The notes under the pieces: model-generated
The model's input: only the letters and a program-made list of their open reading frames with translations
Told to the model about the DNA's origin: nothing
Databases searched by the model: none
Source: a virus
Lineage: Duplodnaviria; Caudoviricetes
IMG/VR virus record: IMGVR_UViG_3300025101_000033
Span: 1-53,020 of that record
Direction: 5' to 3' (one strand)
DNA: 53,020 nucleotides
Shown: positions 18,237-27,757 of the stretch, piece after piece
Layout: each line of letters begins with the position of its first letter
How positions within the stretch are numbered: the stretch's first letter is position 1
Position numbers and translations under genes: made by a program

Positions 18237-18848
18237 TTATAGGTTTAAGCCAAACAGTTGCCTTAAAAATCTTTTTATAACATTATCTTTTTGTTCTTTT
18301 GTTTGGGCTTCATGGAAGGCCCAAGAGTATGAAGATTTTTCTTTTTTAATTTCCTCATCGACCCTTTTGATTTCCAACAACAAGCAGTCGATAGCCTCAC
18401 TATATTCTCCAATGAAAATGTTGTGCTTGTCTACGATGTCAAACAAGTCTCCCCACTTCCCTTCTTCTTTCGCTAAAGTTGCTTTTTTAAACGATTCTGT
18501 GTATTCGTACTTTCTCGGGTCACCGTCCTTAAGTAAGTCGGGGTGCAACTTTCTGGCGACTTGTCTGTAGATTTTTTTGAAATCATGGATCTTGTCTCTC
18601 TTCTCTTCTTCGATTACAGATTTTCTTAATTTGGTAGTTTGATTATCAATGAACATCATGTCAACTTTTCTAGAGTTTTTTTCGTTTAATTTGTGGAGGT
18701 CGACATTATTTTCTGCGCACCATTTCCTGTGGTAAATGTCAAACTCTAAATGAACATCTTTCAAAGTTTCTCTAACGATTTGTAATTCAAACTTTTTGCT
18801 GCGAAAGTTATTTAAGTGTTTTAAGAATTGCAACCTAGACTTCATCAT
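18237..18848 (-). CDS. J-domain (DnaJ-like) protein
   Basis: FKKIYRQVARKLHPD...FKKATLA (HPD motif), in an internal position. Confidence 0.8.
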   Translation of the reverse strand: MMKSRLQFLKHLNNFRSKKFELQIVRETLKDVHLEFDIYHRKWCAENNVDLHKLNEKNSRKVDMMFIDNQTTKLRKSVIEEEKRDKIHDFKKIYRQVARKLHPDLLKDGDPRKYEYTESFKKATLAKEEGKWGDLFDIVDKHNIFIGEYSEAIDCLLLEIKRVDEEIKKEKSSYSWAFHEAQTKEQKDNVIKRFLRQLFGLNL

Positions 18849-19740
18849 TATCCTCTGCTACTTTATTATAAGTAGTCCCAGTCAGTATGGATTTCGTCGG
18901 TCTTTGAATTGTCATTCTCCTAGAACTAGAAATAAATGTGGTATACTCTTCCCACGACCTTATGTTGAAAAAGTTATCTATTTTTAATTCATAAGCGTCA
19001 TCTAGATTCAAGGGAGAAAATACCTTGTCAACTCCAAACCAGCGAGCAGACCATCTATCGGAGGGATTTAGATTAATGTTTTGCTCTGGTGTCGTACCTG
19101 GAACTCTAATCCCTGTTCCTGTTCTTATTACACGACGGAACTCAAGCCAATCATTTTTATCAAAAGTGAATGATGTAAAGTACCCATCTTTGACATTCAT
19201 TCCGTGCGAGGAAACAAAGAAATTCTTTTCACTTACGATGCTTTTCCTGTGTCCTCTCAACAACGTTGGGTCAAAATAGGACTGAGGGAACGACACATAA
19301 TATTTTGAGGGTGTTGCCCACTTAGTCAAATTACTTGTAAGCTTGAAAGCAGTCAGTGCACCGTGTATGACAGACCATGACAGGCAGTCTATTTTATCTC
19401 TATGCTTCAGAGGAACAGGTACGTAGAAAATAGGTATTCTTCTGCGAGATTCGTAAGCATTAGGTGATAGATTTCTATTGTTCCAAACAGGATCCCATGC
19501 CCAGTCGCCTATTTTCTTCCTGATTATAGGGGCTAGATCATCGTTTGCAACGATCCAAATAGATTTGCAACCTGCCCATGCACACTCCACGACAGACGCC
19601 TCTATGAGGCTGTATCCGCTTGCTATGGGCATCAAGCAATCAGGCCACGGTTGATTGAAATCATAGTCTTCGTGTCCAGCTACTGGTATCAATCCAACCA
19701 AGTTTTTTCTTTCGACATGAGTTTCTTCCACATTGTCCAC
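18835..19740 (-). CDS. Divergent sugar-phosphate nucleotidyltransferase-fold protein
   Basis: LVGLIPVAG...PDCLMPI...LIEASVVECAWAGCKSIWIV; GTG start at 19740 after AGGAG. Confidence 0.65.
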   Translation of the reverse strand: MDNVEETHVERKNLVGLIPVAGHEDYDFNQPWPDCLMPIASGYSLIEASVVECAWAGCKSIWIVANDDLAPIIRKKIGDWAWDPVWNNRNLSPNAYESRRRIPIFYVPVPLKHRDKIDCLSWSVIHGALTAFKLTSNLTKWATPSKYYVSFPQSYFDPTLLRGHRKSIVSEKNFFVSSHGMNVKDGYFTSFTFDKNDWLEFRRVIRTGTGIRVPGTTPEQNINLNPSDRWSARWFGVDKVFSPLNLDDAYELKIDNFFNIRSWEEYTTFISSSRRMTIQRPTKSILTGTTYNKVAEDNDEV

Positions 19741-20444
19741 GGCTTCTCCTTTTTTTGCTCGAGATTCCATGCTTGCTCAAAAGTCATCTTCTGGTTCAGC
19801 TCTGGTAGTACGAATCTCTTTTCAAAATCAAATTTAACTTTTTTATAGTATCTCTTATCTCCACGTTGCCATGAAAACTCACCTTTTATGTCATTTTTCT
19901 TAAACATTCTTTGAGTTTTTATTCTAACAATTCCATTGCCATACGATGGATCTAGTAACTCATCATCGGACATTCTCGAGATAACAGTGAAGTCTTTGAC
20001 TATCTTGGACACATTGCTTCTTCTTGTCTCGTAAAAAAAGATTCTTTTACAAAAGTCCTCTTCTGATTCAATGATCATAGTGTCATGAGGTTTACCAGCC
20101 CTCCAATAAAAATCATCAAAAATCTGATTCATACCTGTCGGTTCGCCATCAAAAATTTCAAGCTTTTCATCGATAACAATTTTTGTATTACCCTTCGTTA
20201 TCAACTCTTTGTTGTCTATTCTAAAAGATGAAACATTGCCACCATGTAACAAAAGAGACGTGAGGCTCATGGCAAAAATTAAGTTTGGAATTAGTTCTCG
20301 AGCACTCTGCACATTAAACTCCGAAAAGTCAATGTTATCAAACTCGTCGGAAAGGTGATGGAAAACAAAATCGTCAAGCAGTATGCATTTTTGTTGTGTT
20401 CTCCATGCATACATTAGCGAAGCGGCAGATTTGCCGATTATCAC
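19689..20444 (-). CDS. Hypothetical protein with degenerate Rossmann-like N-terminus
   Basis: IIGKSAASLMYAW...CILLD beta-alpha-beta pattern without an intact GxGxxG. Confidence 0.55.
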   Translation of the reverse strand: MIIGKSAASLMYAWRTQQKCILLDDFVFHHLSDEFDNIDFSEFNVQSARELIPNLIFAMSLTSLLLHGGNVSSFRIDNKELITKGNTKIVIDEKLEIFDGEPTGMNQIFDDFYWRAGKPHDTMIIESEEDFCKRIFFYETRRSNVSKIVKDFTVISRMSDDELLDPSYGNGIVRIKTQRMFKKNDIKGEFSWQRGDKRYYKKVKFDFEKRFVLPELNQKMTFEQAWNLEQKKEKPWTMWKKLMSKEKTWLD

Positions 20445-21226
20445 TTATTACTCTCTGGTCCAAATCTAGAAAAGAAGTCACTGATGTCTGCAGCAGAAGG
20501 TAGTCTATCGTTTTGGGGGACAAAGTCTTCTGGTGGTTCCGGTAATTCTTCTGGTAATTCGTCAAATTTAATTTTCGGATTTAATGCAATGGAATCTAAA
20601 CCAATTTGACGCGTGTTTGTTATGGCACTTTCTAATTCGTTTGACTTTTCATTTCCCAAAAACCAATCATCCATTTGACCGAAAAAAGCAGCACCAACAC
20701 CCGGATTACCTAAGTATCCAGTGTTGTTCATCGACCCTTGAGAGATAAATCTTTTGAAAAATTCGCCAATATTTTCTTTCATCAAGTGTAATTCTCTGAT
20801 TGCATTTTGTTGCACAGCGCTTAGGTTTTCTAGGTCTTTGTTGCCCCGCAGAGATGAATAGCCGGCAGAGTCAACGATAGATTTTAAGTCTTTTAGGTAT
20901 AACTCTGCTTTTATTTTTACAATTTCATTTTCTAATTTAGGGAGATGTCTGCGCCAATGAATCAAGTACCCTCTGCGTAGTTTATTGTAAATTTCTGATT
21001 GTTCATCTTCTGGTAGTGTAGAGACTGCTTTTGAGATTAGTTCGCCAAATTTTTCTTCGATGATGTCTTTTGTTTCGTTAGCGACAATGTCATCGCCTAC
21101 AAAGTGTTTTATAAAAACATCCACAGAACCTGGTTCAACACCTGTCAAGAGGTCGTAAAGTCCGGCAAATCTTCCTTCGTTTAATGTGAACTTTTTCCAT
21201 TCATTCAGAATCTTCTTCATCGACAT
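20441..21226 (-). CDS. Putative internal head protein (variant leader)
   Basis: MKKILNEWKKFTLNE, with tandem L-N-E sites. Confidence 0.55.
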   Translation of the reverse strand: MSMKKILNEWKKFTLNEGRFAGLYDLLTGVEPGSVDVFIKHFVGDDIVANETKDIIEEKFGELISKAVSTLPEDEQSEIYNKLRRGYLIHWRRHLPKLENEIVKIKAELYLKDLKSIVDSAGYSSLRGNKDLENLSAVQQNAIRELHLMKENIGEFFKRFISQGSMNNTGYLGNPGVGAAFFGQMDDWFLGNEKSNELESAITNTRQIGLDSIALNPKIKFDELPEELPEPPEDFVPQNDRLPSAADISDFFSRFGPESNK

Positions 21227-21452
21227 TTTTTAAACTCCTAAGTCCCTCTTCCGGAACGTTTTCAAATCTTTGACCATTAACGTATACTTCGTAAGCCCAA
21301 AACTCTATAAGAATTTTATCAGATGTAGAAAGATGAACATACATCAGTCTGGCCTTGTCTGAAATAATTCCTACGATGGGCTTTGTTGGAAATATACTAT
21401 AAATAGGCGATTGTGAGTTGACTAACACAAGATCGCCTAAATTAAACTTCAT
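21201..21452 (-). CDS. Small KOW/SH3-like protein
   Basis: Start MKFNLGDLVLV at 21452 (ATGA overlap with thyX); VGII...YEVYV...VPEEGL. Confidence 0.6.
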   Translation of the reverse strand: MKFNLGDLVLVNSQSPIYSIFPTKPIVGIISDKARLMYVHLSTSDKILIEFWAYEVYVNGQRFENVPEEGLRSLKNVDEEDSE

Positions 21453-22150
21453 TCGCGAAGTTCTCGGTATGCTCCCACAGAGAAAGGCCAAATCTCTGCT
21501 GCAATGTCTAGACATGCTCTAGCAACCTGCTGTATTTCCCATTGTGCTCCTTCGTGCAGTCTGAGATCAATAAACTTCAAAAGGTTGGATAGGTTGACTG
21601 TTCCATAGTATTTTGCGTACAAGTTTTGTGGCAAGACTCCTCTAGCCTGCTCTCGACAAACACCAGCCTCTATCAACTTGTCAAATAAATCTAAAGACAT
21701 GTCATGCCACTTTGCTACTGCCTCAGTTGATTTAGAATAGGTATCCAAGAACAAAGGGGTAATAGTTGGATCTTGTTGATCTTCTAAGTTCGACGCTTGT
21801 CTATTGCTCTTGTGTTGGGTTCTGTATGTCGGTGGCTCATAGAATCTCAAGTGGACCTCAGTGTATCGTCTAGAAATTTCATTGTAAGCCCATGTTCTAT
21901 GTCTCATGTGTTGTGAGCGTACAAACATAGGCACCTCGAACAAAAACGTGATCGAATTGTGCTCAAATGGTGACGTATGCTTGTGTTGTATAAGATACTT
22001 AATTAGTTTTTTGTCCCTTGGAGTCAATGGTTTTGTATTGTCTTGGCCAAAAGAAACACGCGCAGCATTAGCAATCATTTTATCATCGCCTACGTGCTGT
22101 ACATAGGAAACTTTACCAATACCATCTCCGTATAACTCTACTTCTTTCAT
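21449..22150 (-). CDS. thyX: Flavin-dependent thymidylate synthase
   Basis: AARVSF, HTSPFEH, RHRTWAYNEISRRY, REQARGVLP, LRLHEGAQWEI. Confidence 0.97.
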   Translation of the reverse strand: MKEVELYGDGIGKVSYVQHVGDDKMIANAARVSFGQDNTKPLTPRDKKLIKYLIQHKHTSPFEHNSITFLFEVPMFVRSQHMRHRTWAYNEISRRYTEVHLRFYEPPTYRTQHKSNRQASNLEDQQDPTITPLFLDTYSKSTEAVAKWHDMSLDLFDKLIEAGVCREQARGVLPQNLYAKYYGTVNLSNLLKFIDLRLHEGAQWEIQQVARACLDIAAEIWPFSVGAYRELRE

Positions 22151-22908
22151 CTATCCGCCTTTCGATGTACAAAAAATTCACCCCTACGAGACCTAGCCTC
22201 AGTTGCATTTTTGGGAGGAACTGGTACCATCATTGATTCCATAATTGCAGAGAATCGTTTTTCTGGTTGTTTTCTCTCCGGACCTTTAGCTAACTGTGTA
22301 TAGAATTCTTGCTCAAGATCACCAAACTTAAAGTTATGGAAAGTCATGTCAACAGAGCCATCTCTCTTGAGATAAAAAGCATCAGTCGATTCTGCATCTG
22401 GTGGTTTAAAAAAGAAACTATCTTGATTGTACTTTGCAGCAAGTTCCATACCTAGATTTTTTAATTCTTCAATTCCTAATCCGGGTCGACCTGGTTGCGC
22501 CATAACTAGAAATCCGGCCTCTGGTTCATTGGTGTCAACTCTAGATTCTTCTCCAGTGTCAGGATTAACTAATTTTTCTTTGTAGCCGCCCATCACTGGT
22601 GTGAAACCAAATCCGGCTGCTCTTATCTCTTGTTTCATTGATTCTCGATTTTGTTCGTTTCTTCCTGCTTGCTCTTCGGCTGCTCCAGGAGGGCAGGGTT
22701 CTCCATAAGCCAATCCAAGCTCCGCTTGGCATGTTCTATCAGGTGTAATTACAATAAAACCTGCTTCCATGTATTTTCCTTGAAGCGCTGTCATGGTCGT
22801 CTCATCTAAACGATGCATCTTGTAAGAAGACTTTGAAGTTTTGAAGATTGTTTTCTCTTCGATAACTTCTAAAATAATTTTTTTTAATTTTTCACTTGTC
22901 AGTTTCAT
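22147..22908 (-). CDS. Leader-bearing SAM lyase (T3 SAMase/DUF3293)-like protein
   Basis: MKLTSEKLKKIILEVIEE leader; FIVITPDR...RNEQNR..M..EIRAAG...GGYKE...EPEAGFLV...LGMELAAKYNQDSFF. Confidence 0.6.
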   Translation of the reverse strand: MKLTSEKLKKIILEVIEEKTIFKTSKSSYKMHRLDETTMTALQGKYMEAGFIVITPDRTCQAELGLAYGEPCPPGAAEEQAGRNEQNRESMKQEIRAAGFGFTPVMGGYKEKLVNPDTGEESRVDTNEPEAGFLVMAQPGRPGLGIEELKNLGMELAAKYNQDSFFFKPPDAESTDAFYLKRDGSVDMTFHNFKFGDLEQEFYTQLAKGPERKQPEKRFSAIMESMMVPVPPKNATEARSRRGEFFVHRKADR

Positions 22909-23182
22909 CGTTGATTCTCCCGTAGACATAGTTTTCTTTAACGACGTAAATAGTCTCGAAATCTCCTTTTATTTCCTGAATTGTGCTTCTTTCGACCACA
23001 ATAGTATCTCCTGGGAGCAAGTCTATCGTGCAATCTTCAGACATGTCTAAGATCTCTCCTATTACATAAGGGGATTTTGGCGGTTGATATTCGTCGGGCA
23101 TAATGAACAAAGGATCTTCTTTGTTTTGCTCTTCTTCTTGTGGCTTTATCCACAAATGTTTATTAAACGGTTTAAATTCCAT
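22892..23182 (-). CDS. groES: Co-chaperonin GroES-like protein
   Basis: Start MEFKPFNKHLWIKP at 23182; FIMPD...GEIL...PGDTIVV...VVKENYVYGRI; 96 aa. Confidence 0.8.
   Translation of the reverse strand: MEFKPFNKHLWIKPQEEEQNKEDPLFIMPDEYQPPKSPYVIGEILDMSEDCTIDLLPGDTIVVERSTIQEIKGDFETIYVVKENYVYGRINDETDK
22947..22954 (-). promoter_or_regulatory. Late-promoter-like motif ACTATTTA inside the 3' end of groES
   Basis: About 39 bp before the leader-protein start at 22908. Confidence 0.55.
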
Positions 23183-23217
23183 GTTGTCTCCATAATAAAA
23201 AAACGTGTTACACATAT

Positions 23218-23246
23218 AGTATAACACGTTTTGTAGTCAATGTCAA
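23218..23246 (-). promoter_or_regulatory. Sigma70-type promoter upstream of groES
   Basis: TTGACA-17-TATACT with extended -10. Confidence 0.8.
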
Positions 23247-23251
23247 GTAAA

Positions 23252-23446
23252 TTAGTTTTGTTCGTGAGATTTTTTAACTTCTTGAACTTGTGTCCGGACA
23301 TCCTTGATTTGCTTTGACGCCTCCATAAGAACCTTTCTCGCTCGAGGTGCAGCAGACTTATAGCCATAAGAACCATTGTCAACCTTGTCAAGATCATCGA
23401 GTGCATTTTGCAAAGCTTCAATTACTTTTTCAATTTCTTCTCTCAT
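23252..23446 (-). CDS. Hc1-like (histone H1-like N-terminal domain) small protein
   Basis: D..KV.NG...KSAAPRARKVLME..K..K.VR matches the Hc1 GNKAAGTRARK pattern. Confidence 0.65.
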   Translation of the reverse strand: MREEIEKVIEALQNALDDLDKVDNGSYGYKSAAPRARKVLMEASKQIKDVRTQVQEVKKSHEQN

Positions 23447-23454
23447 AATTTCTC

Positions 23455-25311
23455 CTAAAATATTTCACAGGCTCCGCCGGCACATGCGACTTCGCCACTT
23501 AAGTCAGTTTCATCTGTAACTTCTGTAATTAGATCTAAATCAACGTTTTTTACCAATTCAAGCATTCTTTCGTAAGTTTCCTTGTCGCAATCTTCAAAAG
23601 GTGCCTGCACATATGTGCCACCGTCATAAGGTAAAACTGATAATCCGTTGTATACACCTCTGTTGTTCCACATCCAATCACCAACAGTATCCCATTCATC
23701 ATCTTTGATTGTAACGGTTGCCGAGACATTGTGGGTATTGTTTCCGTTTTTGTGTCCGGACTTGATCCATTCATTTGAAACCTTTTTTACTCTCTCGAGC
23801 AAATCTAGGGCTGTTTCGTGGCGCGTTATTGCCCCTTCAGGAGCTTTTTGAGGAACAGATAGGATAGCAGTATCATGTGGTCGGAAACGGCAGTCCTCGA
23901 CCAACTCAGGCAGGTTCTGAGCGAGATAGTGATAGATCGCCTCATTCTTTCCTACGCGTAATCTGCGTATATAATAGTCGTTATGCCACGCATGAATACC
24001 ACTTGATGTACCAAGAGTCAGAGATGTAGTTCCTGCTGGTTTAACACATGTTTGTCGTGCTGCTTGGTTAATACCTATTTGCATTGCAACTTGGCGATTC
24101 ATCTTTGATACTTCCAAAGAGGCCTCGGTCATGTCTAACTCAAGAACACCGCCGGAGGCAATACCAGTCATTGAAACACCTATTAAAGCATCCTTTTCCG
24201 TAGTGCGTTGCCATACAGGTCTGAGATAATGGAAATCTGTGTATGATGCTTGAAGTGTGCCAATAAAAGAGGCGGCTCGAGATCGGGCATTTAAATCTTC
24301 TTGATCTTTTACATCCGAGACATTAATCTCAACTAAGTTACAAAATTGAAATGGACGAAGACCAATTTCACAGCAAGGGTTACAGCCCCATTCTTTATCA
24401 TTGGAAAAATAAAATCCGGGTTCACCTGACCGTGATTCCTCGACTCGTTTCCAAATGTTTTTGAATGTTGCTTTATCAATCCTGTGTCTCATAATAACTA
24501 CAGAGTTGTTTGCTCTTCCTCGTTGAGGGTTGAGTTCCCACCACGATCCTGCTTTCGCTCCGAGCATCTCTTCGTCATCAGCCGAGAATAAAGAAATAAG
24601 GGCAGCGCGGCGAATACCTCCAGCGAGAACCGCATCCGCAATGTGGCAGATGATGTCATGCACCTCAATAGGAGTGAGTTTGTCACCATTTTCTTTAGCA
24701 TCTAAAATTCCCTCTACTTTAACTAAACATTCTCTCAGTGGTTGTGGTCCCGGCGCCTTTCCGCCGGATGTAACTAGTCTTGCGCCTTTCGGACGGATGT
24801 CCGAGAAATCAAATCGTAATTTGGAGGTACCTTTGAAATAAGACTGGATCAATGCTTTCACTGCATCTGCCCATCCCTCAATTGAATCTCCAATTAAAAA
24901 TCTTCGAGTTCTTTTCGAAGAAGGTCTGTGAATCTCGGGAAGTTTTTCAACGTGATGATGTTGAACAGAATAGCCAACACCTGTTCCGCCTAATAGCAAA
25001 AACATGATCTCGCCAAATACTCGTGGGTCATCAGCAGGTGCGAACGCACAATTAAAGATACGATTCGGAGACACCTCGATTGGTTTTCCTCCAAACTGCA
25101 TGCTTCGCATCGATGGTAGCACCTTCTTGTCAAACACAAACTTGTAGTTCTCACGAATCTCTTGCTCGAGTTGTGGAAACTTTTTGATGTGCATTTCCAT
25201 GTTACGAGTTACCAATTCGTACCAGTTTTCTCTTCGTTGCTTATCCTCTAAGTAACGAGCGTATTTCATGTGAACGGTTATGTCCGACAAGATTTCCTTT
25301 TCTAGATCCAT
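23455..25311 (-). CDS. nrdJ: Class II (adenosylcobalamin-dependent) ribonucleotide reductase
   Basis: KYAR, PSMR, FNC, GGTGVG, RRAA, NPCCEI, FCNL, TCVKPAGT, ACAGGACE; no beta-subunit gene nearby; likely start MDLEKE at 25311. Confidence 0.93.
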   Translation of the reverse strand: MDLEKEILSDITVHMKYARYLEDKQRRENWYELVTRNMEMHIKKFPQLEQEIRENYKFVFDKKVLPSMRSMQFGGKPIEVSPNRIFNCAFAPADDPRVFGEIMFLLLGGTGVGYSVQHHHVEKLPEIHRPSSKRTRRFLIGDSIEGWADAVKALIQSYFKGTSKLRFDFSDIRPKGARLVTSGGKAPGPQPLRECLVKVEGILDAKENGDKLTPIEVHDIICHIADAVLAGGIRRAALISLFSADDEEMLGAKAGSWWELNPQRGRANNSVVIMRHRIDKATFKNIWKRVEESRSGEPGFYFSNDKEWGCNPCCEIGLRPFQFCNLVEINVSDVKDQEDLNARSRAASFIGTLQASYTDFHYLRPVWQRTTEKDALIGVSMTGIASGGVLELDMTEASLEVSKMNRQVAMQIGINQAARQTCVKPAGTTSLTLGTSSGIHAWHNDYYIRRLRVGKNEAIYHYLAQNLPELVEDCRFRPHDTAILSVPQKAPEGAITRHETALDLLERVKKVSNEWIKSGHKNGNNTHNVSATVTIKDDEWDTVGDWMWNNRGVYNGLSVLPYDGGTYVQAPFEDCDKETYERMLELVKNVDLDLITEVTDETDLSGEVACAGGACEIF

Positions 25312-25384
25312 TTTTCTGTTCCTGTGTAGTAAATTTTTCATGTATTGCTTTTCTTCTAAAGTATAAATTTGCGATAATTCCATT

Positions 25385-26740
25385 TTATTTTCCAACCTTT
25401 GCGTATTTGTCTCTTAACATTTGAAAGGCATCTGCTGTGGATTGCATTTTTTCTGCTGTTTCATCTCGATCTAAAATAGAAATAGAGACTGTTGACCAAT
25501 CAACAAATGCATCGAATACCAAGCCGTCTGGTCCATTTCGATTCTTGGCTACAAATAGTCTTCCTTTGTTTGCCTGTTTGTCTTGGACTGTTCGAGAGAG
25601 CGAGAAGATGAAGTCTGCGACGAAGCATTTGTTGAACGCTTCTGAGATCGCTTCCATCGTGATGACTTCCGCGTTGAGCCCGCCCCTGTTCGTCTGGGAA
25701 GCGGTCCAAATGGGAAACTCATAGGACTGAGCAAGTCCTCGAAGGCCTTCGTAAGTTTCTTCCAATTCGTGTCGTTTTTCACCTGAACTCCTCACCGGAC
25801 GTAACAAGTCCGCATAATCTACTAGTACCATGTCTGGCTCTATTCCACGCTTTCGTAACTTTTCAATGTGATTCTTAAGCGTTTGAACCGAAGCAGACTT
25901 CGTTGGGTATTCTTTGATAATTAGAGTACCCTCAAGATCTTTCACCTTGGAAACAATTTCTTTTTGCCTCATTCTATGTTCTTGCAAAGGAACGTCGGTA
26001 ATACAGCAATCAAACCTTTGGCCCACCACTGTGTCTTTAAGTTCGAGGGTATAATAGACAACAGTTTTTCCTTGCAACAACGCTTGAGTCGCGAGATGGA
26101 CCATGACCATAGACTTCCCAGCACCGGTAGGAGCAATAACAACACCCAATTCGGATTTTCCAAGACCTCCCTTGAAAATTTCATCCATTCGTGACCAACC
26201 AGTTGAGATTGGATCTCTTGACAATAACTCAAAACGTTTAAGCAGATCTTTGCGAAAATCATGGCCGAAGTTATTGTCTGTACCAAGAACTAGGGCCTCC
26301 TTGATCACTTTCTCGATCTCTTCAAATGATGATGACTTGAGCAATGTTGCTGATTTCATCATAGCCCCTTTCAATGTTTGTTTTCGACAAAAGTCGATTG
26401 CTTTGTCTTTAATGAATGCTGCTTCTTCGATACCATCGGATGATTTTATTCTAGCCCCAAAGTTTCGAACAGCTTGTGCAGTTGCTTTGTCGTGATGATT
26501 TAATTCAGTTCTTAGTAAAGTAAACATTACCTCAAGATTAGGGTGTGTATTATACTTTTCTCTATAGTTAATCAAAGTTTGTGCAAACACTTGCAAGTGT
26601 TTGCTCTCAAAAAAGCTGACGTCCATGACTTCCATGATCTGATCAAAGAATGGCCTGTCCTCCAACATAAGTTGGCAAAGGTTTTCTTGGAAATTTTTTC
26701 CAAACCTTGTAAATGTTTCTTTTGAAGTTAATTCCTTCAT
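25385..26740 (-). CDS. DnaB-like replicative helicase
   Basis: APTGAGKS, YTLEL, VDYADL, TASQTNR, KNRNGPDG; start MKELTS at 26740 after GGAGGA. Confidence 0.95.
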   Translation of the reverse strand: MKELTSKETFTRFGKNFQENLCQLMLEDRPFFDQIMEVMDVSFFESKHLQVFAQTLINYREKYNTHPNLEVMFTLLRTELNHHDKATAQAVRNFGARIKSSDGIEEAAFIKDKAIDFCRKQTLKGAMMKSATLLKSSSFEEIEKVIKEALVLGTDNNFGHDFRKDLLKRFELLSRDPISTGWSRMDEIFKGGLGKSELGVVIAPTGAGKSMVMVHLATQALLQGKTVVYYTLELKDTVVGQRFDCCITDVPLQEHRMRQKEIVSKVKDLEGTLIIKEYPTKSASVQTLKNHIEKLRKRGIEPDMVLVDYADLLRPVRSSGEKRHELEETYEGLRGLAQSYEFPIWTASQTNRGGLNAEVITMEAISEAFNKCFVADFIFSLSRTVQDKQANKGRLFVAKNRNGPDGLVFDAFVDWSTVSISILDRDETAEKMQSTADAFQMLRDKYAKVGK

Positions 26741-26771
26741 GTGTCCTCCTAATTTTTTTGCTCGTGTTATA

Positions 26772-26800
26772 AGTATAACATTTTGTATCCCAGTTGTCAA
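26772..26800 (-). promoter_or_regulatory. Sigma70-type promoter upstream of the helicase
   Basis: TTGACA-17-TATACT. Confidence 0.8.
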
Positions 26801-26806
26801 ATATTT

Positions 26807-27757
26807 TTATCTTTTTATTTTTCTAAAGACTGTTAGTAAGTCTGTGAAATTGAGACTAGCGGCGTCATCCTCTAAAAGCATTTTTGTAAAATTAATTTTA
26901 TTAAAACTAGGCTCAAAGTTGCTTATAGAATTTTTAATGATCTCTCTATTCATCGCCCTGATATTTGGATGTTGCAATTGCATAATGGCATAGTTGTCTT
27001 TGATAAGTTTCTCGTTGCTTTCGATGTTCTCGTGTATTTTCAACTTTTTTCCTTTCATCGCACAATCTCTAACTATGTCTGCACAAGTATATTCATCTTG
27101 TCTGATCAAGTAAGGGAATCTTTTGGCAATTGTCTTAAGCCCCGCTCCTTTGATACCGGGCAAATTATCTGATGAATCACCGGCAATTGCTCTTGCCAAA
27201 GCAAAGTTGTTTGGATGAATCTTGAATTCTTCGATAACAGACTGTTGTGTGACAATCTTCTTTTGTATTGGGCGATAAATTTCCACATCTTTTCGACACA
27301 ACTGGAAAAAGTCTTTGTCAGAGGAGATTATTGTTTTTTTCCACCCATTGTATCTTGGATGATTGATCACAAGAGCAATAATATCGTCTGCTTCCGTAAA
27401 ATCTGCTATAAGTTGAATGACGGGCATTTCGTTTAAGTATTCCATTAGTCGTACTTGTTGGAAACCTTTGTTGGCTTCTTCTTTGTCTTCAGGTATTTCA
27501 ACCATGCGTCGATTGAACCTAACTGGTTTTCGACCACCTTTGTAGTCTTTATTCATTGAGCGTCGTCTTTGAGAGCCCTCATGGCCATCCCAGGCGATTA
27601 TAATCTCATCAGCGGCAAAGTCCCTAGACACCTTCTGTAGGCTCTTTAAAAAGCCTATAGTGCCTCCTATAGGCCATCCTTTTTTGTTGAGATGAGGCGA
27701 GATTACATAAGATCTCAAAAACATGTTCAATGCATCAATTATTATTACGTTTTTCAT
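26807..27757 (-). CDS. 5'-3' exonuclease / flap endonuclease (T4 RNase H-like)
   Basis: IIDALN, AWDG, YKGGR, EADDII, SSDKDF, GDSSDNLPGIKGAGLKT. Confidence 0.95.
   Translation of the reverse strand: MKNVIIIDALNMFLRSYVISPHLNKKGWPIGGTIGFLKSLQKVSRDFAADEIIIAWDGHEGSQRRRSMNKDYKGGRKPVRFNRRMVEIPEDKEEANKGFQQVRLMEYLNEMPVIQLIADFTEADDIIALVINHPRYNGWKKTIISSDKDFFQLCRKDVEIYRPIQKKIVTQQSVIEEFKIHPNNFALARAIAGDSSDNLPGIKGAGLKTIAKRFPYLIRQDEYTCADIVRDCAMKGKKLKIHENIESNEKLIKDNYAIMQLQHPNIRAMNREIIKNSISNFEPSFNKINFTKMLLEDDAASLNFTDLLTVFRKIKR

Noticed and set aside
23146-23421. 91-aa alternative-frame ORF over the Hc1-like gene
   Set aside because: It runs through the groES promoter and lacks an RBS; the 64-aa frame has both an RBS and a family motif.
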